Shown here: positions 35,273 to 50,102 of the stretch, in pieces
How the letters are laid out: each line of letters opens with the position of its first letter
Position numbering within the stretch: position 1 is the stretch's first letter
NCBI GenBank assembly: GCA_964016885.1
Contig: OZ024740.1
Span: 269,018,001-269,082,000 of the forward strand
DNA: 64,000 nucleotides
Direction of reading: 5' to 3'
Source of the DNA: Eledone cirrhosa
Taxonomy: Eukaryota
Position numbers and translations under genes: made by a program
The notes under the pieces: generated by a model
Databases searched by the model: none
Seen by the model: the letters and a program-made list of their open reading frames with translations, nothing else
Told to the model about the DNA's origin: nothing

Positions 35273-35564
35273 CAGTCATGGGCAACCTTGCGCCCCACGA
35301 AACTTTCTGAATGGCTCGACTAAGTCACCGAAGTGAAATCTTTCTGATCTTTTTACTCCAACTGTTTAGTCGTAATCTATCTATCTATCATTTTTACGAT
35401 CAAGGAAAACAAGGTGTACGAATTCTGAAGAAACAAATCAAAACAACTTAAGTTCCCGCCCTTCTTTTAATGTGGGCGCGAATGTAAATTAGCGCTTGCG
35501 GGCCCGCCTGATGATGAGCCACACCTCATGCGTCCCGCTTCTCGAAAAAGGTTGCCCATGCTTG
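35273..35564. mobile_element. hAT-type MITE
   Basis: TIRs cagtcatgggcaacctt / aaggttgcccatgcttg; 8-bp TSD gcctaaat / gcctatat (1 mismatch). Confidence 0.85.
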
Positions 35565-35844
35565 GCCTATATAGACAAATTCTGAAACTTGTTGTATGGG
35601 ATTATCATATATTGTAAGATGTATGGATTTAAACTCAGAACGTAAAGGGTCGTAACACAATTCTTATGAGCAATGGAATAGTGCAATAGCTTTTGCACGG
35701 TAATATACTGATTGTGCCGTAACTTTGATGAGCTAAACCAAGAGATATTTCTACATTTATTCTTTTCTCACTAATTTTGAATTTGATGGGATTTGTTTTT
35801 ATTTTAGTATGAAAGCAGGGCCAGATGAGGTGAAATCGTTATAT

Positions 35845-36028
35845 CATAATTGTTTCTAATATTGGCACAAGGCCAGAAATTACCCAGTGCATTACTGGTA
35901 GTTTATTTTATTGACCCCGTAAGGATGAAGCAAAGTTAACCTCGGCGGGATTCGAACTAAGAATGGAAAGGGCCGTAACTCTATGCATCAAATCATGGCG
36001 TCCGACCCACTACCAATACTGCCAATCC
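35845..36028 (-). mobile_element. tRNA-derived SINE
   Basis: Family consensus match. Confidence 0.85.
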
Positions 36029-36179
36029 ATTATATCATAATGTTGTCATGTGATGTGAGGTCAATCTTTTTTACAGGGCGAATTAGTTATGTAATTTTGG
36101 TGGAATATTTTCGACATCATACAAATGATGCAGTGCTCACAGCGGCATTAGAGAATGTAGAATTTGAGTTTTTCTAATT

Positions 36180-36520
36180 GACACCAGTATTCATGACATG
36201 CCATGTCATATATCGTTTGTATAATTGACTTCTATGTTGCTTCAATTTTCATATTTTCTTTCATGTGGATAGACCACAATGATCAACAGTATTCAAGGTG
36301 GAGATTGGCAAATGTACAAAAGAGACGAATAATGGTATAAATACTTCTTGACCGGAAAATTCTAAGGATCCAAGAACCCTAACTGCGGGCCATATCAACT
36401 TTGTTGTTTACGGGAGTAATCTATCTCAGGCTATTATCGACAGTTACTCCATGGTCTTTAATGTTGTTAGATGGCACAAAGGTTTCTTCTGCGGAAAGGG
36501 AATATGATACTTAAATGCAT
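36180..36520 (-). mobile_element. Old CR1/L2-type LINE RT C-terminal fragment
   Basis: HLEYC..LWS.H..NMKIE-like motif, highly decayed. Confidence 0.45.
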
Positions 36521-36698
36521 CACCTTTTTCCGAAGTGGATTAACTCAAATTTATCCTCGATAAGTAGCGTGTCTGTGTGTATATACAGTGATGTGTTTGT
36601 GTGAGTATGTAAGAATGTGTGCGAGTATGTGAGAACCTGTGTGTGTGTGTGTGTGAGAGAGAGCACATGTGTACGTGTAGATATTCATGTATATATGT

Positions 36699-36733
<35 letters not shown>

Positions 36734-36739
<6 letters not shown>

Positions 36740-37345
36740 GTAGAAAAGATAATACACGAGAGAGAGAGAGTGTTTATCAATGTACAGGGAAAACCACCAG
36801 TGTATGGAATATATACACTGATTCCATACACTGGTGGTTTTCCCTATACATTGATAAACACACACACACACACACATACACACACACTCTCTCTCTCTCT
36901 CTCGTGTGTTATCTTTTCTACATATTATATTTGAAGAGCCCAGGATTCCTTTTCCTTTGAGCACATAATTTACAGGGACTAACGCGAATCTATGACTCCG
37001 TTAATTCATTTTGATATATATATATATATATATTGTTATACTTTGGGAGGGTCATGTTGCCAATAAGAAACACACGCACCAGTTGCTTTCACTTCAATTT
37101 ATTATATATTTATAAATTTATAAATTTACAAATCTACAAACTTATAAATTTCTTGTTGGTTGGTTGGTTCCACAACCAGATAGTTGTTTATATAAACAAC
37201 TATCTGGTTGTGGAACCAACCAACCAACAAGAAATTTATAAGTTTGTAGATTTGTAAATTTATAAATTTATAAATATATAATAAATTGAAGTGAAAGCAA
37301 CTGGTGCGTGTGTTTCTTATTGGCAACATGACCCTCCCAAAGTAT

Positions 37346-37391
<46 letters not shown>

Positions 37392-37716
37392 AAATGAATT
37401 AACGGAGTCATAGATTCGCGTTAGTCCCTGTAAATTATGTGCTCAAAGGAAAAGGAATCCTGGGCTCTTCAAATATAATATGTAGAAAAGATAACACACG
37501 AGAGAGAGAGACAACTATCTGGTTGTGGAACCAACCAACCAACCAGAAATTTATAAGTTTGTAGATTTGTAAATTTATAAATATATAATAAATTGAAGTG
37601 AAAGCAGCTGGTGCGTGTTTTTCTTATTGGCAACATGACCCTCCCAAAGTATAACAATATCGGTTTCAACACACGATTTCAGATAAAGAATCTTGCTAAA
37701 CAAATTCAGAAACGGA
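36734..37716. repeat. Nested palindromes: hairpin 36734-36930 overlapping a ~620-bp near-perfect palindrome centred at 37190, plus an extra arm copy
   Basis: gttgtttata|taaacaac centre; contains ttgttatactt.gggagggtcat shared with the Naiad-like pLTR end. Confidence 0.9.
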
Positions 37717-39169
37717 ATATATATATATATATATAGTGTGTGTGTGTATGTGTGTGTTTGTGTGTGTGTAATAATGTAATATACTATTTTGTTAAGAGCT
37801 AATAGTAGTAATTATCTGTCAGCACTAAAGATATTATTCTCGTTGTCATGATAAATTAATTTCCGGTGTTGTAACAACTTTTTAAAGTTATATATATTGA
37901 TATATGTCACCACGTTTTGTTGTTGTCTAAACCCTCGTTGACCTCGATCTGTTATAGAAGGTGGTAGTTTTCTATCCTCCTATATCTTGTTCATGTATAT
38001 AGGAAAAAGACGTAATTCGGACTAAATTATAAAATGTCTACTTTATATTTAGTTGTTATCTCTAGCAAGCTGATTGATATGAAGAAACCATCTCGTACGT
38101 TAGTGGTAGTAATGTTTCATCGATAATTATAAATGACGTTGAAATATTTCAATGATGTTTATCATTTGTTATTTGAAGGAGCAGCTCGACGAGTTGATTC
38201 CATTAGTTCTATATGACGAGTTCAAGTAGTGATTATAATAGCTCATGATCTTTGTGCTTAAAGACTGGAGTATTTAATACATTATAGCATGACTATAATT
38301 TATTCTTCATTATATAATGGTGTGTGAAATGCAAATATAATTGGACATTGACACGTTTACAGCTCTTTTCATAATAGTTTATACGGAGGTATATCGAAAA
38401 TGCTTAAATATTACAAAAAGTGAGCACTGGTATCTATTTTATCAATTAATTTATCTGTGGTTTTAAATATAGAATACCATGTCTCCATTATTTCTTTCAA
38501 TTCTGTAATCTCTGTACTATATGTGACACCGGTTTGTGATGATTTTTTAAATCACTTCGCCCTTCATTTTAAATAAACGAATAAAGCCATAATTTTTTTT
38601 TTTTTTACCTTTATCGATTGAATATGTCATTTATCATAGAATCGCATTAAAAGTAATCGTTAACATTACTATGAAATCTCAGCGAAGAAAAATATTTAAA
38701 TTTCTTAAACTTGTAAAGCCCATTTACTATCTCCATAAAGGTTTGTGTGAAATCTACAAGGGCAGCTTCAGTATCACTAAATAAATGAAAGTTTTTCGCG
38801 ATCTGTTGTGCAACTTTATTATATTGCTTCAGGCAATAAAGTGCTATTTTCTGAAGACATTATTATCATCATGCCTTTCTTCTAACAAAATATCCGTATA
38901 AATTTGGTGTCTGCAATTTTCTTTAACCTGTTATATTTCTTTAAGTAGTTAAGCACTTCATAATGTACATGTAGAACTCAAATAACTAGTTTTCGCAAAC
39001 CGTATTATTTGAGTCTCCACTGCTTTTAGTTGACCTAGATTTATTTTCAAAGTTGTTCAGTTTCTAAGGACCCATCTTGGTAAATTTTGATATTCACCCT
39101 CGATATATCTTATAGATAAATTCGGGGCAGAAAGAATAGATTGTTTATAAACTATGAAATGGAAAGATA

Positions 39170-39385
39170 ATGATTCTTGTATAGGCACAAGGCTAGTAAT
39201 TTGGTGGAGAGGAAAGTCGATTATATCGACCTCCACTACGTTACTGGTGCTTCATTCCATCAACCTCGTAAGGATGAAAAGCAAAGTTAACCTCAGCGGG
39301 ATTTGAACTCAGACCGTAGAGGACCGTAACTCTATGCTGTAAAGCATGATGTCCGACTTTCTACCGATACTGCCAATCCACCTCC
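39170..39385 (-). mobile_element. tRNA-derived SINE (longer subfamily)
   Basis: Family match with extra aagtcgattatatcgac segment. Confidence 0.8.
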
Positions 39386-40779
39386 ATATGAAATAGAAAT
39401 ATAATGAGAAAGAGAGAGTAACGGAATGGAGGAGAGGTAAAAAAAGAGATTGTTTATGTAGCACATTCTTTTTGTGTAGTTCTATTTATTAATGGCCATA
39501 CTGTTTGGAGTGTAGTTACAGCATATAGACGTTTTACATCGATATTTTACTCCTCTTCCTATATACTTTTTTGTTTGTTTTGTTTTGGTGGTAATGATGA
39601 GAAAGGGAGGGTAACTTGAATTGCTAAACTAATCTGCGGTTTTGACGCTGGAAGTAAGATAATAGATTAGTTTATTAGGCAAAAACCATTTTTCTACAAT
39701 ATATTATTTTTGGTTTAAAATTATAATGAAGCTTAGAAAGGATTCGAGTAGCGCTCTCAATGAATGATCATTACGTCTTCTGTGAAACATTGATGAGACT
39801 TGGGGGCAATAATGAATTGATAAATCATTTAGTCTGGGTTTGAGAAGAAACCAAGAATTCTGCACTAGAAATTGTAGCTCTGTATAAGTTAATGAGCAGT
39901 TTGCAAAGTAAACTTGCAGCTAGTAGTGGTGACATCACAGTCAGTCGATATCAGCAACATTTGGAAAAAGATAGTTAGGCGTGTCTTTGTATGCTGAAGA
40001 AATGAGTCGATAAATGGTGCAATTATTCGGCTTCTGTGAGACGCTCCGAAAAGCTACACAATAACGTGGTAAGGAGAGAAAGAGATAGAAGATGGAGAGA
40101 AGTGGTGAAGGTGAAAAAGATAAAAATATGAAGAGACTGGAAGAGACGGTACGGGAAAAGTTGAAGTTAGTGAAACTATCGGTTTGTGAGAGCGTAAGTG
40201 AGAACGAAAAGGGAATAACAAACAATATTAGTAAATCATGAAATTAGTTTGTTAAAAAGGAAACCAATAAGATGAGTGAATTTGTGACAAGATATTTCGA
40301 GCTGGAATAGTGTTTTGTGTAGGAATGCAAAGTGTTTTTATTAAGTGAATAGAAAACTTAATTACACGTAAGCAAAACCTATGACTTGAGAGATAAAATT
40401 ATATATAACATCTTTGGTGATTTATGCAGCATATTTCAAAAGAGCTAGTTTGGAATATGGGCGAATTAATAACTTATGTTTACTTATATTTGTGCTTTTC
40501 TAAGTATACAAGAAAATACAAAATATTATGCCGATCAAAATAGGATTTTGAGTGGATGACAGAACAGTTTCCAAAGATGCATCGACGGCCTGGAATCTGT
40601 TGGAAATGAGTAAGATATTTAGCCAATAATTGATGTTTTACTCTACGAATTTAATATGGTAAGAGCTGCTAGACACTAGCCCAGACCTGCCAGCATCTAG
40701 AATGCCATACGAGGAGTACCATGAAGAAAGTGTCCCAAAACGGGGAGAAATGAGGCAAAATGGGGAAATTTTACATAAT

Positions 40780-40905
40780 TATTTCTACATTTGGCACAAG
40801 GCCAGCAATTATCCCATTGCATTACTGGTAGTTTATTTTATCGACCCTGTAAGGATGAAATGTAAAGGTAACCCCGGTGGGATTTGAACTCAGATCATAA
40901 AGGGA
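40780..40905 (-). mobile_element. tRNA-derived SINE, truncated
   Basis: Family match. Confidence 0.8.
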
Positions 40906-42429
40906 AATGTTACATAATGAAAGCTATACCCATTTTCACAAGAGAAGACATCTCTCAAAAGTGGGTGGGAGATCTTACCGTCGGACGGGGAGAGTTGACA
41001 GGTCTGCTAGCCACCTCATGCAGTTCTAAATTCCAATAAATGTCAGGAATTAATGATAATTCTGGCTGGGAAGCTTGTATAATTCACTTTGTAAATCATG
41101 TCATTATTATTTAATCTACCTCCCATTGGCCTTCAATATTTGAAATGTTATTTTTGTTATTTTATTTTATTTTTTCCTCTTTTCTCTTTTCTATTTTTAT
41201 CTTCGTTTTTAGTTTTTTCTTTTCTTTTTTCTTTTCTTTTTTCTTTTCTTTTTTCTTTTCTTTTTTTAATTTCTTGTCTCACTAGCTCTTTTTGACTACC
41301 AACTGTAAGGAGTACTCGACACTTCCTCGATTCTGCTATAGATTACTAACTCTATACAGACGTTTAAATTGAATAAATGAATAAATAAATCCCAGGTCAG
41401 CAGAAATCAGACCAGTTTCTGATAATAAGGTATTCTAGGAATGACCAGTCTGTCCTAATTTGATTTTTTCAGGTACATTGTATTTACGTTCACGTGTTTC
41501 AGTCTCCTATTTTAAGACGGTGGAGAATTAATATCTCGCAGTTTGGCCAACCACACAGATGCTTCCTCGTTGGTTTGGTGTGAATAATATCTACCACTGA
41601 TGTCTGCTTACTATTAAATCCTCATTACGTGAGTTGGCTGTGGATAGATTATGTCGCCACCCATCAACACAAGTAGTTACAGTTATAAAACTCAAACAAC
41701 TATGTAACAAATCCTTTTTATTTGGCTTCAATGGTTTCACTTTAATTTCCTATTGCTTCACTTAATACTTTACACTAATTCTTATAACTACGACTACTAA
41801 TTACATATAATTATGCCCATCTCAATTCTTTATACATAATTTAAAAATAATTGTTTATTTTTTTGTTGTTCCTAAGTAATATAGAATAGAGTGTAAGTTC
41901 TAAATAAAAACAAATCTGGTATCCTTAGGAAAGGAGTGAAAATCACATTTTTTCCAATTAGCATCACATACTTTCGAGGTGCAATATTTTTTCAAAATAG
42001 AGTAATTATCTTAATCGATATGATTACACGGTCTCAAATTTGTCTTCTATATTTCTGTTTTCTTTTTTGGGAGGAGGGTGAGGGAGAATGACACTGAATG
42101 AACGTATCCGTAGAAGGGAGCATTTTGTCCTAGTTATTTCCATTGTGATTATCATGTAAGTCGTAAAACTGATATTTAAAATTAATATATACTAAATGTT
42201 CGTTCCTTATATCGAAATGTAAAATTATAAGGCAAAATTCATCAATCATGTATATAATTATACTGTAACTCCTGATGAGTTGTGGAGGCGCCATATTGAC
42301 ATATGGTGTTTCTAGGGGACTTTTTAAACCTGGTGGAGCTCATCTCCTCTCCAGGCCTGAATATAGTAGATGACTTCTAGAGAAGAATAGAGAGAGTGAG
42401 AGAAAGGAAGTGAGAAAGAGATATAAAGG

Positions 42430-43030
42430 AAAAAATCTACTCCAGTACTTGACTGGTACTTTTTTATCGACCATTAATGGATGAAAGGCCAAGTTAACCT
42501 CGGCGGGATTTGAATCCAGAGAGTAGGGAGCCGAAACGATCTCCACAAAGCATTCCATCCGACATTCTGACGTACCAATTCACCACCTATATGATTATAA
42601 TAATCATTATTTTGAAGGTATATGTACATTATTGGTTTGCGGTATAAATCGACCCTAGTACATTACTGGTACTTTATTTTATCAACCTCGTAAGGCAAAG
42701 CTAACCTAGGCAGGATTATCATTATAATATTCTAGGAAACCAAATTTCTACAACTAAAAAGAGTTAGTTACCAATCTGTTCCCGAGAAATAAACCTATAC
42801 AATTAAAATAATATTCACACAGTATATATACATTATTACGGTAGAGGACGCCATGCTTTGCAGCATAGAGTTACAGCCTTTTACGATCTGAGTTCGAATC
42901 CTGTCGAGGTTAACTTTGCTTTTCATCCTTAAAGTTCGATGAAGTAAAGCACCAGTAATGAACTGGGGTCGATTTAATCGATTTTCTCTTCCCCAAAAAT
43001 TATTGGCCTAGTGTCTAAATCCGAAACCAA
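42430..43030. mobile_element. Three SINE pieces (42430-42590 minus, 42650-42715 minus, 42840-43030 plus)
   Basis: Family match in both orientations. Confidence 0.75.
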
Positions 43031-43120
43031 TATTTATGTAAATAAAAGTTTCAACGTTTGTGTTAATAAAGGAAATAATTCACCTTTTTGTTTAAAATAT
43101 ATCTTTAATACCAGTCATGT

Positions 43121-43240
43121 GAAAGCATGTGGTTTAGTGATTAGAGAAATGGATTCACAATCATGAGGTTACGAGTTCAATTCTCAGACCAGGTGACGCT
43201 TTAGGTCCTTGATCAAGACATTTTATTTCGGGTTGCTCCT
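43121..43240 (+). mobile_element. Different tRNA-headed SINE
   Basis: tggtttagtgattaga (A box), gagttcaattc (B box), then gtccttgatcaagaca. Confidence 0.55.
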
Positions 43241-43346
43241 TCTTCCTGATAGATAATATCAGCAATGGAAAGACCAATTGAAACATTGTTTCCTTAGTCC
43301 CAATTGACGAGCTCCACCCACTCGGTAAGCGAATGAGATCTGGGAT

Positions 43347-43640
43347 CTTCTTCTTCTTCTTCTTCTTCTTCTTCTTCTTCTTCTTCTTCTTCTTCTTCTT
43401 CTTCTTCTTCTTTTTCTCCAACCATCATGCTTGGGGTCTACCTCTGTGTCTGCTGCCAGTTGTTGGTTTTGCCCTTAGATTCTGTCCAGCGATTCTTTCC
43501 TGAGACATTAAACTACATGCCCATAGTGTCGGAGCTGTAATCTCTCAATTCGGAGAAGTAGTGGTCCTACCTAGAGTGACTCTCTGATCTCCCAGCTACG
43601 CACACTGTCGAGAAACATTATTCCAAACACCCTTAGGATC
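43347..43640 (-). mobile_element. RTE LINE 3' fragment with (GAA)n tail
   Basis: Homologous to 22262-22705. Confidence 0.75.
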
Positions 43641-43814
43641 TTGTCGATCGTTATTTTCGTTATTACTACTTAAGATAAATCAAAATAGTTTCCAGTCACT
43701 TCCCATTTCCATCACATCGCCAATGAACGTTATATATTTGAAATTTCTATTTCTTTCTACATCCAAACAACCTCCTTCAAATATAGCTCAAGGGTAATGA
43801 CTTCAAGAAAGCAA

Positions 43815-45012
43815 TATTTATTAAAATAACAGATTAAAGTTTAAGCAAAGAATCGCTGCTTTCACCCTTAACGGGATCTTCTGAAACTAACAAAGTCAAT
43901 CTGTAAACGCAGAAGTGGATATTTCAAAAAACGTTGCAACCAGAGGAAGACAGGAAGAAGATACTTTGGTTCGTGGAAACGTTCCCTGGCAAAGAACGGG
44001 AAAAAACGATTATAATACGTCATTAATAGGAGCGGTGAAAAACAATTACGCGCAAAGACAGAACCACGTTTATGGTATAAAAGAAGTCGTAGACTAATAT
44101 TCTATTAGGTGGTTCATAGAGACGTTCTCTGGCAATGAACGAAAAAAAAACGAAGATAATACGTCATATGTGGAGCGTGGAGAACAGCAAGCAAAGACAA
44201 AACCACGTAAATGGTATAGCTGAAGTCGTAGACTAAATTCTAACTAGGAAACCGAATGAATCTCCGCTTCAGAGTTAATGATAAAGTAAATAAATACAAT
44301 ACAGAGGTAATAGAAATTAAATAAATGCATACACGCATGCAAATACGTACATACACAAGCATACGCAAAACACTTGCCATAGGTATACAAAACCACGCAC
44401 ATATAAATATGTGTGTGTGTGTGTGTGCGTGTATACAAATAAATAAATAATTAAATAAACGTATATAAATAAATAAATACGTATATAACAACACATACCT
44501 ACATGTAAATACACAAATGTTCGGAGACGTAAGTCAACCAAAACATGAAGTACACATATACACACACCCTACATACGTACGAACCTGCATATTCACGCAG
44601 ACGCTAACTCCCGTATACACATAACCAAACCATATGTACCAGAATATATAGAAAATGTATACGCCATAACATAATCAATCAAATATACGTATGAGAAAGT
44701 ATACGTACGTTCACAAAACATACAGGTAATATATACTTACCTATGCAAATAAGTAATGGTATAAACAAAACATATACTTAGCTACCACATCAAGACGTAA
44801 AATATCCACATATAGATCGTACTATCCGTTAGGGTATAATGTGGGTCTTGTTCTCCACGGTCCACATATGACGTATTATCTTCGTTTTTTCCGGTTACAA
44901 CATTTTTTTAAATATCCACTTCTGCCTTTACAGATTGACTTTGTTAGTTTCAGAAGATCCCGTTAAGGGTGAAAGCAGCGATTCTTTGCTTAAACTTTAA
45001 TCTGTTATTTTA

Positions 45013-45015
<3 letters not shown>
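43815..45015. repeat. Inverted-ended element (43815-44240 vs 44850-45015) with internal ~140-bp duplication; third copy 54940-55187
   Basis: aagcaaagaatcgctgctttcacccttaacgggatcttctgaaac and its reverse complement. Confidence 0.8.
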
Positions 45016-45061
<46 letters not shown>

Positions 45062-45553
45062 TATGGTGGCTGCCAACTCGTTTTCGAGTACGGCCACTAC
45101 TGTATATCCATGTAGGAGAACCCCTACCGATGCGCTGAACGAGTGTGACTTTTTAGTCCAGCCAGCGACTTGAAAACACTGGTACAAACACTACACTTGT
45201 GACAATTACTGACACATAGTGCTGGGCCCATGGTACCATGTGACGACAAGTGCAGAGAGATCTCCAGATATATAGCAATGCCTGTGCCGTGAAGCTTTTA
45301 TAGTGAGCAAAGGCACTGCACTAAGCCAGTCCCACTCTCTTAACCAAGATGATATTTACCAAAAAGAAGAAAAAGTCAACATCATTGGATACCATCAGGG
45401 TTGCAGGTGTTATATCAGAGTTTTCCTTCTCCTAAAATTCTGCCTTGACAAAAGCTAAGGGGTCATCTCTCCCAGTGATTTTGGATGGCCATTGACTCTT
45501 AAGAAGTACACATACATACATACATACATTTATATAAATATATATATATATGC

Positions 45554-45653
<100 letters not shown>

Positions 45654-45777
45654 GACGGCCACCACCACCGCCACAACAACAACAACACGCAAACATAACC
45701 AAAACAAGAACAACAAACCAACCTGCAAGCACAGTCCCACCCAACCCCACTCCATCTAAAACCACTTCAAAAACACC

Positions 45778-45848
<71 letters not shown>

Positions 45849-46228
45849 ATGTATGTGTATATATATATGTGTGTATATATATATGCGAGATTTAGACATT
45901 GATATAGAATGAAATACATTTCAAATAAGTATCATGAGAAGATGTTTTTAAGAAATATATTTCGAAAGATCTATTAGTTATTTTGGCTTAGACATGACAC
46001 TTATGGCTATATACAGAACATATTTGAACAGAAAATAATAACGCTTAGTCGGCAATTTGACGACAGAGGTGATCTACAATTTGATGTCTAGTCAAATATA
46101 AACTTACGAGAATTTACTTGGAGAAAAGGAAACATTTCGTCTACTAATGTTTGTCTTTAAATTGCGTAATCTATTGTATAAATCTACTATATAAAATAAT
46201 TTTATATATAAGTATGTATGACTGTTTC

Positions 46229-46347
<119 letters not shown>

Positions 46348-46479
46348 CACTGCAGCAATACGTGCAATATTCATCAAAACCACCACAAGTTAAAATGAAA
46401 CTTTGAATGCTAGACATACTGAAACCCATTACTTCAAAAGTGTAATTAGATAATTATAATTTTTAGGACGGTTTCAGAT

Positions 46480-49400
46480 GTGTCGAAAAAACCACTTCAA
46501 TTTCCCAAACGACATTGAACTGGTTCTGAAGAATTCCATGAAGGATATTGCCTTCATCCAAAAAGGGAAACTTTTTGGAAGCATTTCGGTGTTGTTGAAA
46601 GACCAATTGTGTATCGCCGATTGATCCCCCCCCCCCCCTATACACCCTTTTCCCCACATATATGGGAAAAAGGACACAAAAGATAAAAATTTCGAACATT
46701 GCACCAAATGTAAACGTCTGGTGGATTTTAACAGGCTTCATCGATTTCGACGAAGTCACCATCATTTCGGTGGGAAAGTCCTCCAGAGGCACATTCAATG
46801 GTACAAGCATGGAAGTTCTGGTCCAAATGACGCCAGAACGGATAGCTAAAATACCCCAACGTGTGCCTCTGGATGGAATTTCACACATAAATATTTCTGT
46901 TGAGGGTAGGCGTCCTTCATGTTACCACTGTTTAAGCAGTGGTCACATGAAGGCTTACTGTCCTCAGTTAACTACAAAAAAAGAGGCACTACTGCCAACA
47001 CCCAAAACAACAACACAACCACCACCACCACAACAACAACAACAACACGCAAACATAACCAAAACAAGAACAACAAACCAACCTGCAAGCACAGTCCCAC
47101 CCAACCCCACTCCATCTAAAACCACTGCAAAAACACCCACAAACACAACAGCTCCCCAAAACATACCACTTCCAAATAACACAGACACCACAACGGACGA
47201 GGCCCCCTCATCATCACCAAGTGACGATGAGGGAAAGCCTCTCCGTTCGAAAAGAAAGAAGAAAAGACACCACAAGAACAAAAAAACAACAAACATCACA
47301 ACAAACATACAACCACCAACACAAACAAAACAAACATTACAAACAAAAACCCCCCCATCCCGAAAACAAAACCACGACATCACTCCAAACACAAACACCT
47401 ACAACAAAACGAAAGCTCCCACAAGAACAACAGACAAAAACCACCGCAACACAACAAGAACATTACACATACATAAACAGTAAAAACAATACTTTAATGG
47501 AGGTCATCTCCAATGACCCTTCGGTTTTCACTGAAGGGAAAACTTTTTTGAACTGTGTAGACAGACCCAATTTAAAGATGATTAGGGTCTCTACGGACAC
47601 CTATAAGTCTTTAAAGGAAAACTTTCTTAAGGACGTGGGTAATCTTTGTGTTAAACCCATTAACAACGTCCTTTTAAAAAATTTCCCCACCCTCACTCCA
47701 GACACACCCACCCCAGACACCACCACCCCAGACACCCCCACCCCAGACACCCCCACCCCATCAGACACCCCCTCCTCACCAAACATCTCCGTTACCACCC
47801 CTCCGGCAACCACCACCCACCCAGACAACTCCTCTAACACCCCCATGGAAATCTTGCGGCCTGATCCCCGGGAGACGAAGAGGTGAGTGTTTTCTTCTCT
47901 TCTTTTAACTTTTCAGAACCAACATGGCCAATATAAGAGTTGGATGTGTGAATGTACGCGGCCTGGGGATGCCCTGGAAACAGGGCAAACCCTTAAACGA
48001 CCTCAGGTCGCACAGTATGGATGTTATTAGCCATTTGCAAGTCCAGGATCCACAGCGAGCGACAGCTGGCCCCCATCTTCGATGACTTTGAGATCTACGC
48101 ATCTCTCTGTCAGGCGGGGGGTGGGGACGGGGTTGCCGTTTTGCTGCGGGAACACCTGGGTCTCGTAACACAGACGGTACATCTGGACCTGGAGGGTCGA
48201 CTGGTGGTCCTAGACTTGACGGTAGTGAAGGTGGAGCCTTCAGGCTGGTGGCCGCATATGCCCCATCCTAGAGACTTTTCTGGGAACGTCCCGCTCCTTG
48301 CTTTTAGTGGGGGACTGGAATGGAATCCTAGATGCACGTTGGGATTATGTGTGAGCATGTCCCGATAAAAGGGGTGTAACAGCCTCAAACAGTTAATCAG
48401 CCGATTTGACCTGGCCGATAGATATCGACTAGATTTTCCGACTGTGCCACTGTGGACGTGGACTAATCGTAGCGGAACATCTAGATCGTACCTAGATGGG
48501 GTTCTAGTTAGAAATAAGGATAGGCACATGTTAAGCTGTCCACAAATGTTCATGGTTGCCTATTCAGATCACAAGCTAGTGACCTGCATGGTCAACCTTG
48601 ATAGAACCCATAGACAGGTACCCGGCGACTGGAAGCTGAACTTGTCGTTACCGACATGCAAAGCCTACAGTAGACGGATTAGCAGTTTAGTTAAACAGCA
48701 CTTGACGGGGGCCATTGTCAACAACAGATAGTGGTACTCTCTCAAGAGGGCAGTCAGATTAGACTCGTTTTTAGTAAAGAATTAGCGTTAGATAGAAATA
48801 GGACCGAGAAGGAACTAGTAGATAAAGTAGAAGAGGCAATTGGAAGTGGCAACATAGCCAGCATGCTAGCAACGAGAACGGCCTTGGACCAGTTCTTCGA
48901 CGCAAAGCACGAGGGCTGCGATATCAGAAGAAAAATACGTGCTCTAGGAAACGAGGGAGCCAAAGCTGTTAGCTGGGCCGGAGTGACGGAGGCAAAAAGT
49001 GGCAACAAGTCCACGATTCGGTCTTTGAAGGACCAAGACGGACGCGTGATACGTGAGCCGAAGCAGATGTGTGCGGCCTTTCAGCGGCACTTTGCTCACC
49101 TGTTCGGGCAGGGCGGCGCGCCGGGAGAGGCTATGGATTTCAGTCCATACCTCGACAGACTACCGCGACTCTCGGGCAGCGAGGCGAAGTTCTGCGAAAG
49201 GCCGATTTCCGCCGCTGAGACGGGACACGCTGAGCCAATGCGGCAAACGCAGATCTCCAGGTCTCGACGGTCTACCCTACGAATTTTACGTAGCAATGCC
49301 GGACTTATTCTCCGGTCTCCTGGAAGCGGTCTACTGCAACTGGCAGCAGAACGGGAGAATTCCCAGTTTTTTGACGGGGGGGGGGGTAGTCACACTAATC

Positions 49401-49910
49401 AGGAAGGACGAGAATAAGGGGGATGACATAGGCAACTTCCGGTCCATGACTGTTAAACACAGAGTTACAGATTTTGGCCAAGGTGTTGGCAAAGAGCCTG
49501 GCGCTTGTCGTCGAGAACCTGGTGGGAGAAGCGCAGACATGCGCAATCCCGACCAGGTTCATACACGACCAGGTCCATACACCTCATGCGATACATCATA
49601 GAGAGGGTAGGGTGTAAACCCGGCTTCGGTGGGGCCCTGATCAACTTGGATCAGTCTGAGGCTTTCGATAGGGTTGACCATCGTTACCTGCATGCGGTGC
49701 TCGTGGCGGCAGGCTTCGGACCCGTGTTCAGGGGCTGGATGGCTGCAATGCACAACAGCAACATCTGCTCAAGGGTCGGAGCCGTTCCATATCACGCGAT
49801 TCATTCGAGAGGGATGCCCTCTCTCCTCCCTTCTGTACGTACTGAATCTCGAGTCACTACTGCGGAAGTTGGAGCTATTGCAGGACATCCCTCTGGAACC
49901 GGGACTGCGG
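46480..49910 (+). mobile_element. Tx1/L1-clade LINE: ORF1 (zinc knuckle) + disrupted ORF2 (APE + RT), 3'-truncated by a SINE tail
   Basis: CYHCLSSGHMKAYC; ORF2 start MANIRVGCVNVRGL at ~47923; SYLDGVLV, SDH, SPGLDGLPYEFY, LDQSEAFDRVDH, REGCPLS. Confidence 0.92.
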
Positions 49911-50060
49911 AAAGCAGTAATGCACTGGGTAATTATTGGCCTTGTGCCAAAAGTAGAAACAATTATTTATGTATATATTAAACCTAATTATAAAATATAT
50001 ATATATATCATAATTAGGTTTAATCAATACATATATAATGTATATTGATATATATAATGA

Positions 50061-50102
<42 letters not shown>

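Noticed and set aside
38650-38855. Open stretch on minus as a possible exon or transposase piece
   Set aside because: Weak splice signals and no recognisable motif
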